DNA of 64,000 nt, from assembly GCA_039933875.1 (NCBI GenBank), contig JBDTNF010000016.1:1522-65521 (forward strand), read 5' to 3'. Origin of the DNA: Flavobacteriales bacterium (GTDB lineage: Bacteria > Bacteroidota > Bacteroidia > Flavobacteriales_F > PHOS-HE28). Below, piece after piece: positions 58,301 to 64,000 of the stretch. The position numbers and the translations under genes were made by a program. Position 1 is the first letter of the stretch. The number at the start of each line of letters is the position of its first letter. The notes below the pieces were generated by a model. The model saw only the letters and a list, made by a program, of their open reading frames with translations. It ran no database searches and was not told the origin of the DNA.

Positions 58301-58809
58301 CATCCATGGAGAACTATGTGTTCATCCTGACCGACGCGAGCGATCTTATTGTGACCACGCTGGTAGGGGCCTCGATTGACTTCAACCTCACACCGTTGGG
58401 CATCTATCATGTCTGGGGGGTGAGTTACAACGGAACCCTGGTGGGTACTGATCCGGGTGGACCGGTCGGGGGGGTCTCCTCCACGGGAAGTTGCATCGAC
58501 ATCAGTACCGGGTTCCTGGTTGTGAGCGTGGAGGTCTGCAATGGTGTCCGTGAGCGTGGTGGTGGAGTGTGGAGTCTATTCCCCAATCCCGGGAATGGCG
58601 ACCTTACAGTTGTTCACGGGACCCTCGAAGACAAGGTGCTTTTGGAGGTGTTCGATGTCACCGGCCGCGCGATGTACCAGGAACAGTGGCACGTCATACA
58701 AGGACAGCCACATCACGTTGCTCTTGCTGGACGTTTGGCCGAAGGCACCTACCTCGTGCGGTTCACCTCCAGCGATGGCCGCTCAGAACAGCGTGTCGTC
58801 ATACAATGA
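55333..58809 (+). CDS. Giant T9SS cargo protein, paralog 4 (A-B-[R]x4-B'-D-CTD)
   Basis: 1158 aa. It contains a signal peptide, modules A and B, four ~123-aa R repeats, module B' and a Cys-bounded module D ('YVFILTDASDLIVTTL...GIYHVWGVSYNG'). The T9SS tail is 'WSLFPNPGNGDLTV'. The start could be the Met at 55372. Confidence 0.85.
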   Translation: MTRTPALFGHLRTMCLVACTVLLPFGINAQNGHTHGAVGTIGNIAPIPVGSDRGGVPPNALCSGALIQPLSLFASVSNSGDNTGGLVDNYFQLPVVWEGFVSTECLTVRVSYCGTTPRFEGALLALAVGCPLSNVARIPVSGVTMQLCADHNFTLTFPNLPAGTYYFPVLQGVGFTGPYTITFTGLPCTGSPPTNDDCAGATELVPGVDCIETTGNNAGTTVGTPASLGCNGGDPSDDVWYSFVATHADHTITVEPRTGFDAVIEVYSGACGSGTLVACRDVAFAGETEVATLTGLTVGETYYVRVYDWYAGASMTNNFTICVQRPPCLADAGTLAPASTPVCLVGGLATIAAILNGDAFVPAGFDTAFLLTQDPGFIIQNVGTTPSFDVNAAGPYTIHTLVFDPLTFDPGTIQVGVTTCFDVNALLEEGGGLICGSLDMIGALITVDLCIVCDAEAGTITADADTVCFVSGAATITATPNGDAVVPVGFELVHMLTQGAGLVIQEVGPLPSFDVTAVGNYTIHTLVYDPLTFDTGTIQIGVTTGFDVNALLVQGGGTICASLDVSGAPVNVRVCLDCEAVAGTLTALNPAICLVGGAATIADTPNGDAVVPVGFEVLYLLSEGGVIQASSPTPSFDVAAEGSYAVHTLVYDPLTLDIGSLVFGVTTMSELDLQLIQGGGTVCASLDLAGGATTVQVCVSCTAASGTLTADATSVCILGGVATVSATPNGNAIVPVGYETLYLLATGAVVQGTSTASSFEVNSTLDFTIHTLVYDPLTFDPGTIQSGVTTVLDLNALLIQGGGVICAGLDLAGASLSVEDCAPLNDQCANAITLAVNSEGGCPAGGTTGDNTYATSSGSQPSCDTNGLDFADVWYTFNSGSSTTVFITFDHGSMTDWGITVTDACDGNEVECVVQPADVIEIPTQPDTDYWVRVYTNTQFGAGGSFTICLTGLTEVCDGGIISSAIGGVNPVIVCQDAQPDVIDLITSSTSMENYVFILTDASDLIVTTLVGASIDFNLTPLGIYHVWGVSYNGTLVGTDPGGPVGGVSSTGSCIDISTGFLVVSVEVCNGVRERGGGVWSLFPNPGNGDLTVVHGTLEDKVLLEVFDVTGRAMYQEQWHVIQGQPHHVALAGRLAEGTYLVRFTSSDGRSEQRVVIQ
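56314..57795 (+). repeat. Four in-frame tandem repeats (~123 aa, ~370 nt each) inside paralog 4
   Basis: Each unit runs C-x-A-x-AGT(L/I)TA...VC(L/F)VGG.ATI.A.PNGDAVVP.GF...PSFDV...G.YTIHTLVYDPLTFD.GTIQ.GVTT.FDVNALL.QGGG.IC.SLD..GA...V..C. Confidence 0.9.
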
Positions 58810-58982
58810 CCCAGGACGACCGGAAGTGAGGACAAGGTCTTTCCTACTAGCGCCGAAGCGTTCGGGAACGAGGGCCATACCATTGAAGAATGTGGAAAAC
58901 CTCGTTCGCGATCGTTCGGTTATGCAAGGCTACCTACCGAACTTCGCACCTTCCTTTTTCCAAACAAGACATCCCTCTGACT

Positions 58983-61900
58983 ATGGACGCACGTTACTCC
59001 GCAAAACCCCTGATCGCGCTGTTGTTCAGCGTCGTCATGGCACATGGCCTCATGGCCCAACAGATCTGGACGCTAGGCAACAAGGGTGGGCCGCGTCACG
59101 CGTTGGTAAACCCTTCCGCGGATCACGCTCAGGCGGAGTCCCGGGGTGTTCTTCCCGTCAATGACGAGTGTGATGGGGCGGTGGTCGTGGATCTGGCCAT
59201 CGATGCAACGGTGGTTCGCACCGGCGACCACACCGGAGCCACGGATAGCTATGGTTTCGGCAACGATGTGTGGGAAGCGTTCACTATTACGGAATGTGCG
59301 GATGTGACCGTGGACTTCTGCGGCAACTCGCCAACCTGGGCCGCCCCGCTTCCGCGGTTGTTCGTTGGATGCACACCACTGGAGAATTTCGTGTTGATCA
59401 ACGATGACAACATCTCCCTCTGTCCCGACGGCAATTTCATCTTCACCTTCCGTCAATTGACCCCGGGAACGTACTACTATGCTGTATCGGACGTGTTCGG
59501 GGCAACCGGGCCGTACCAGATCACCTTAAGTGCGGTCGCTTGCTCGGGGGCGGCACCCGTGAACGACGATTGTGCCAATGCGGTGGTGCTCACTCCGAAC
59601 CCGGTCTGTACTCCGGTCGATGGTGACGTGGCTGGTGCGACCATCTCTGGTGGTTCCATCCCAGGTAACGGTTGCGGTGGCTCGGACCCCAGCGATGACG
59701 TCTGGTACAGCTTCATTGCCACCTCCACCGATCACTCGATCGTCGTTGACCCATCCGCCGAAATGGACGTGGTTATCGAATTGCGAGATGGTACTTGCGC
59801 CAGCAGCACCGTGATCGGTTGCCAGGACGTTGCCGGGTTGGGGGCTGCTGATCAATTGGATGCCACCGGCCTGACGATCGGCACCACCTATTTCGTGCGG
59901 GTCTATGACTGGTATGCTGGTGTTCCCAGGACCACCCCGTTCAGCATTTGTGTGATGGGACCTGCGGGCTGCGCGGCAGATGCGGGTACGATCACGGCGG
60001 ATGCGTCCCCTGTTTGCCTGGTGGCTGGCTCTGCGGAAATAACGGCCACGCCGGATGACAATAGCATTGTCCCGGCAGGCTACGAAACGATCTATGTGCT
60101 TACCCAGGGAGTTGATCTGGTTATCATGGCTGTTGATGCGGCTCCTGTATTCACGGTAGCGAGCACGGGGGATTACACGATCCATACGCTGGTCTATGAT
60201 CCGCTGACACTGGATCCCGGTGTCGTTGAGATCGGTGTTACCACTGCGTTCGATGTGAGCGCGCTTCTGCTCCAGGGCGGCGGAACGATCTGTGGCAGCT
60301 TGGACATGCCTGGTGCAGCGATCATGGTGCAAGAGTGTCTTCCCTGCGATGCGAACGCCGGGGCCTTGACCGCTGATGTCACCCCGGTTTGTCTTGATGG
60401 CATCGCGGCGCTTACCGCAACTCCTGATGGGAACGCGGTAGTGCCTTCCGGTTTTGAGACCACCTACCTGCTCACTAAGGGCGTGGATCTGGTCATCCTT
60501 AGCATTAGCGCTACCCCCGAGTTCAGTACCACGCAGGTGGGTGATTATACCATCCACACCCTGGTGTACGACCCGAACACCCTTGACCTCAGCTTCATCG
60601 AACTGGGAGTGACCACAGGCTTCGAAGTGAATGGTTTGTTGATCCAGGGGGGTGGTGTGGTCTGCGCGAGTCTTGATGTGACCGGTGCGCCTATCACCGT
60701 CCAGATCTGCGTTCCGTGCGATGCCGATGCCGGGACGATCACCGCCGATGCATCGGAGGCCTGCCTGGTGGGAGGATCCGCCACGATCTCCGCCACGCCC
60801 GATGGGAACGCCAACGTGCCAGCAGGCTTCCTCACGGTTTATGCGCTCACCCAGGGACCGGAATTGTTGATCATCAATGCGTCACTGACACCGAGTTTCG
60901 ATGTGACCGCTGTGGGCGACTATACGATCCACACCCTGGTGTACGATCCGAACACGTTGGACCTTGGCCTCATCGAATTCGGTGTGACCACGGGCTTTGA
61001 TGTGAACGCATTGCTGATCCAGGGCGGTGGCGATATCTGCGCGAGCCTTGATGTGACGGGTGCGCCGATCAGCGTAAGCCTGTGCATCACCTGTGATCAA
61101 AGTGCCGGTGCCATCACCGCGGACGCTACTCCGGTCTGCCTGGTCAGCGGAGCGGCGGATATCTCCGCCACACCCGATGGCAACAGTGTTGTCCCGGTCG
61201 GCTACGAGACTATCTACGTGCTTACCCAAGGGGTCGACCTGGTGATCATCGGTACCGATGCGGCTCCGGCGTTCAGCGTACCCTCTGTGGGTCTCTACAC
61301 CATCCATACGTTGGTATACGACCCGCTGACATTGGATCTGGGCATCATCGAACCGGGTGTCACCACGGGAGCTGATGTGAACGCATTGCTCGTGCAGGGC
61401 GGTGGTACCATCTGCGCAAGCCTTGATCTCGCAGGCGCCCCCATCGAGGTTCTGGATTGCACACCGGCCAACGATGATTGCGCGAACGCGACCGCTTTGG
61501 TGATCAATGCCGTTGACGATTGCCCGGGCAACGCGGTGAGCGGCAATAACACCTATGCAAGCCAGGATGGTGTCGAGCCCGGCTGTGACACCGGGTCGTT
61601 GGCAGGCTACGTGGATGTGTGGTACACGTTCAATTCCGGTCTCAATACGTCCGTGACGATCAATTTGGATCCGGGCACCATGGAGGACTGGGCGGTAACG
61701 GTAACGGAAGGATGCGGAGGCAGCGAAGTGTATTGTGAGGTGAACCCCGCAGCTCCGATCGAGTTGACCACGACGGTGAGTACCACGTACGTGGTCCGGG
61801 TATACAGCAATCTTGATTTCGGCGTCGGGGGTGGGTTCACGATCTGTGTGACCGGGGCTGAGCCCACGATCGTGTGCGATGGTGGTAGCGTGCATACCCT

Positions 61901-62480
61901 TGGCGGACTGACCGATGTGACCGTGTGCCAGGATGTGGATGCCGACGTGGTCGAGTTCGCAACCTCGAGCATCAGTGCAGAGAGCTACGCGTTCGTGCTC
62001 ACCGATGCGAGCGATCTTATCGTGACCGTGCTCGCTGGCAATTCGCTCGACTTCAACAGCGCCCCCTTGGGCATGTACCGGGTTTGGGGCATCAGCTATA
62101 ACGGTGACCTTTTGGGTGCCGATCCCGGAGCCGACATCGCTACGGTCACCAGTACAGGTGCGTGCATCGCCCTGAGCAGTGATTTCGTGACGGTTATCGT
62201 GGAGATCTGCGATGGTATCGTTGAGGGAACGGACGTGAATTGGAACATCTACCCAAACCCAGGCAATGGCGACTTCACCCTGAGCTACTCGGGTGCCGAT
62301 GCCAGCACCGTGATCGAAGTGATCGACATGGGTGGCCGTACCGTGCATCAAGAGCGTGTAGCGATGGTACGCGGCCAGAAGTATCCGATCGCTCTTGGTG
62401 GCCAACTCGCCCAAGGGATCTACTCGGTGCGCCTGATGAGCGCCGTCGGTAGTGCGACGCTCCGTATGACGGTGCGCTGA
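58983..62480 (+). CDS. Giant T9SS cargo protein, paralog 5 (A-B-[R]x4-B'-D-CTD)
   Basis: Start at MDARYSAKPLIALLFSVVMAHGLMAQ. The module order matches 55333..58809. T9SS tail 'WNIYPNPGNGDFTL'. Confidence 0.85.
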   Translation: MDARYSAKPLIALLFSVVMAHGLMAQQIWTLGNKGGPRHALVNPSADHAQAESRGVLPVNDECDGAVVVDLAIDATVVRTGDHTGATDSYGFGNDVWEAFTITECADVTVDFCGNSPTWAAPLPRLFVGCTPLENFVLINDDNISLCPDGNFIFTFRQLTPGTYYYAVSDVFGATGPYQITLSAVACSGAAPVNDDCANAVVLTPNPVCTPVDGDVAGATISGGSIPGNGCGGSDPSDDVWYSFIATSTDHSIVVDPSAEMDVVIELRDGTCASSTVIGCQDVAGLGAADQLDATGLTIGTTYFVRVYDWYAGVPRTTPFSICVMGPAGCAADAGTITADASPVCLVAGSAEITATPDDNSIVPAGYETIYVLTQGVDLVIMAVDAAPVFTVASTGDYTIHTLVYDPLTLDPGVVEIGVTTAFDVSALLLQGGGTICGSLDMPGAAIMVQECLPCDANAGALTADVTPVCLDGIAALTATPDGNAVVPSGFETTYLLTKGVDLVILSISATPEFSTTQVGDYTIHTLVYDPNTLDLSFIELGVTTGFEVNGLLIQGGGVVCASLDVTGAPITVQICVPCDADAGTITADASEACLVGGSATISATPDGNANVPAGFLTVYALTQGPELLIINASLTPSFDVTAVGDYTIHTLVYDPNTLDLGLIEFGVTTGFDVNALLIQGGGDICASLDVTGAPISVSLCITCDQSAGAITADATPVCLVSGAADISATPDGNSVVPVGYETIYVLTQGVDLVIIGTDAAPAFSVPSVGLYTIHTLVYDPLTLDLGIIEPGVTTGADVNALLVQGGGTICASLDLAGAPIEVLDCTPANDDCANATALVINAVDDCPGNAVSGNNTYASQDGVEPGCDTGSLAGYVDVWYTFNSGLNTSVTINLDPGTMEDWAVTVTEGCGGSEVYCEVNPAAPIELTTTVSTTYVVRVYSNLDFGVGGGFTICVTGAEPTIVCDGGSVHTLGGLTDVTVCQDVDADVVEFATSSISAESYAFVLTDASDLIVTVLAGNSLDFNSAPLGMYRVWGISYNGDLLGADPGADIATVTSTGACIALSSDFVTVIVEICDGIVEGTDVNWNIYPNPGNGDFTLSYSGADASTVIEVIDMGGRTVHQERVAMVRGQKYPIALGGQLAQGIYSVRLMSAVGSATLRMTVR
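59970..61460 (+). repeat. Four in-frame tandem repeats (~124 aa each) inside paralog 5
   Basis: Units start at 'CAADAGTITADASPVCLV', 'CDANAGALTADVTPVCLD', 'CDADAGTITADASEACLV' and 'CDQSAGAITADATPVCLV'. Each ends in '...ICxSLDxxGAxIxVxxC'. Confidence 0.9.
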
Positions 62481-62495
62481 ACGCATACGCGCTGA

Positions 62496-62529
62496 GAGAA
62501 AGGGCGTCCGCAACCGGGCGCCCTTTCTC
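62496..62529 (+). terminator. Hairpin after paralog 5 (probable terminator)
   Basis: 14-bp stem GAGAAAGGGCGTCC / GGGCGCCCTTTCTC (one U-G pair) with a 6-nt loop. No T-run. Confidence 0.5.
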
Positions 62530-62587
62530 ATTGAACGTGGGGAACCTTTCGACCGCATGCGGGGTATAAACACGCAACTCCCCAACC

Positions 62588-63112
62588 ATGAACCAGTTCC
62601 AAAGGGTCCGTGCCAGCTTGTTGCTTGTCGCTTTGAGCGTCTGTACATCGCTCATGGCGCAGGAGGAAGCACTGCTGCTGCCCATTGTTGGTCGGATCAC
62701 GGATGGTGAGAAGAAGCTGGAGGGATGCGAAGTGCTTGTTTATGATGGGAACGATATGGTGGGTCGCCAGGTCACAGACCGCAGCGGTCGCTTCAATCTG
62801 GGCATGGGCTTGGGAAAGGAGTTCGCCATTGAGTTCCGGAAGGAGGGCTTTCTACCCAAACGGATCCTGGTGGACACGCGTGCCGACCTCCCGAAGGACC
62901 TGGTCGAGATCGCCCCTTTGGACATGGAGATGAGCATGCTGACCGCTTCCAAGTACGAAGGAGCCGATACCGACGTGTTGGATTTCCCCTTTGCGATCGT
63001 CAAGTACGACAAGAAGGCCATGGCCTTCACCCAGGACCACCAGTACACCACCGACATGATGCGCACCAATGGGGCGCTGCTGCTCATGTCCGTGCGGTCC
63101 GATAAAAAGTGA
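62588..63112 (+). CDS. Hypothetical secreted protein with CarboxypepD_reg-like N-terminal fold
   Basis: Signal peptide 'LLLVALSVCTSLMAQ', then 'IVGRITDGEKKLEGCEVLVYDGNDMVGRQVTDRSGRFNL'. The remainder is unrecognised. Confidence 0.65.
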   Translation: MNQFQRVRASLLLVALSVCTSLMAQEEALLLPIVGRITDGEKKLEGCEVLVYDGNDMVGRQVTDRSGRFNLGMGLGKEFAIEFRKEGFLPKRILVDTRADLPKDLVEIAPLDMEMSMLTASKYEGADTDVLDFPFAIVKYDKKAMAFTQDHQYTTDMMRTNGALLLMSVRSDKK

Positions 63113-63223
63113 ACCACACGCCATACACCATGGCGCGGGGCGTTCATCGCAAGATGGGCGCCCCGCTTCGTTCCGGGCTGTTCCTCGCACCTCGTTACCT
63201 TTAGGCACCGCCAAGCGCAGCGC

Positions 63224-63754
63224 ATGAGCATCCGCAGACCCTTCAACCTCAAAGGCTGGATCGCCGACAATCGCGACCTGCTGAAACCACCCATCGGCAA
63301 CAAGAATCTCTATGCCGACGCGGGTGACTACATCGTGATGGTGGTGGGCGGTCCCAATGCGCGGAAGGATTTCCATTGGAACGAGACCGAGGAACTCTTT
63401 TATCAGGTGGAGGGGGACATCGAAGTGGGTATCCAGGAGGATGGCAACGTGGTTACGATCCCGATCCGTGAGGGCGAGATGTTCCTGCTCCCTTCGCGCA
63501 CACCGCACCAACCGCGCCGTGGGCCCGGCACCGTGGGCCTGGTGATCGAGGTGAAACGCGATGACCGCGAATTGGAGGATGGTCTGCAGTGGTACTGTGA
63601 GAAATGCAACAACCTGTTGCACGAGTATCGCTTTGTGCTGCACAACATCGAGACCGATTTCATTCCGCGGTTCCGTGAGTTCTATGGGAGCGTGCAACTC
63701 CGCACATGCAGGAAGTGCGGCCACATGATGGAGGTGGATCCGCGCTTCGTGTAA
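63224..63754 (+). CDS. nbaC: 3-hydroxyanthranilate 3,4-dioxygenase
   Basis: Cupin core 'DFHWNETEELFYQVEGDI...REGEMFLLPSRTPHQPRR'. The C-terminal rubredoxin-like Cys pairs 'WYCEKCNN' and 'CRKCGH' are typical of HAAO. Confidence 0.9.
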   Translation: MSIRRPFNLKGWIADNRDLLKPPIGNKNLYADAGDYIVMVVGGPNARKDFHWNETEELFYQVEGDIEVGIQEDGNVVTIPIREGEMFLLPSRTPHQPRRGPGTVGLVIEVKRDDRELEDGLQWYCEKCNNLLHEYRFVLHNIETDFIPRFREFYGSVQLRTCRKCGHMMEVDPRFV

Positions 63755-63764
63755 GGTCCGGGGC

Positions 63765-64000
63765 ATGGCCGAGCTCTTTTCGATCGACATCCATACGCAC
63801 ATCCTGCCGGAGAACATCCCTGACTTCGGTCGGCGTTTCGGATACCGCGGCTTCATCCACCTGGACCATCATAAGCCAGGTTGCGCGAGGATGATGATGG
63901 ACGACAAGTTCTTCCGTGAGGTACAGGCCAACAGCTGGGATCCGCAGGTGCGCATCAACGAGTGCGACGCGCATCGTGTACATGTACAGGTGCTCAGCAC
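63765..64000 (+). CDS. 2-amino-3-carboxymuconate-6-semialdehyde decarboxylase-like amidohydrolase (5' part; runs off the window)
   Basis: My own translation from ATG 63765: MAELFSIDIHTHILPENIPDFGRRFGYRGFIHLDHHKPGCARMMMDDKFFREVQANSWDPQVRINECDAHRVHVQVLS. The 'IDIHTHILP' metal-binding start and 'W' + 'R..ECD' block match ACMSD. The gene is not in the ORF track because there is no stop within the window. Confidence 0.8.
   Translation, partial: MAELFSIDIHTHILPENIPDFGRRFGYRGFIHLDHHKPGCARMMMDDKFFREVQANSWDPQVRINECDAHRVHVQVLS

Noticed and set aside
56314-61460. ~370-nt tandem repeats as a CRISPR array or non-coding satellite
   Set aside because: The units are far longer than CRISPR repeats and have no spacer alternation. 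They are in frame within long ORFs with conserved Cys positions, so they are protein domain repeats.

Overview
GC-rich (by eye above 60% G+C) chromosomal segment of a Bacteroidota-type genome. The assignment rests on eight proteins ending in type IX secretion (T9SS) C-terminal sorting domains, TAnnTTTG -7 promoter boxes, rpoN, and a TonB-dependent receptor with a CarboxypepD_reg-like N-domain. I can support about 47 CDS (two truncated by the window edges), 2 tRNAs (Met-CAU, Ala-GGC) and several intrinsic terminators. Content is mostly housekeeping and envelope functions: galE, rpoN, asnS, lysA, ppk1, a TetR-TolC-MFP-RND efflux operon, GH29 fucosidase, an M36 metalloprotease, a DASS transporter, an aldo/keto reductase, RidA, an aldehyde dehydrogenase, a histidine kinase/OmpR-type regulator pair, and kynurenine-pathway genes at the 3' edge. 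I saw no CRISPR array, rRNA, transposase, integrase, phage gene or recognisable defence gene. Items worth a second look: (1) asnS carries an in-frame insertion of about 150 aa whose DNA, including the adjacent conserved flanks, is visibly A/T-richer than the rest of the gene and is bracketed by imperfect direct repeats. (2) A 14-kb cluster holds five paralogous, domain-shuffled T9SS cargo genes; two are giant proteins, each with four ~123-aa Cys-bounded tandem repeats. (3) A membrane-anchored protein with four CDDGD-type Cys-rich repeats lies divergent from rpoN. (4) A translationally coupled two-gene cassette has no recognisable function. (5) An HD-domain/PPK1 fusion lies divergent from a tandem-duplicated GHKL/SiaB-like protein. 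Functional calls come from motif recognition by eye, not database searches.
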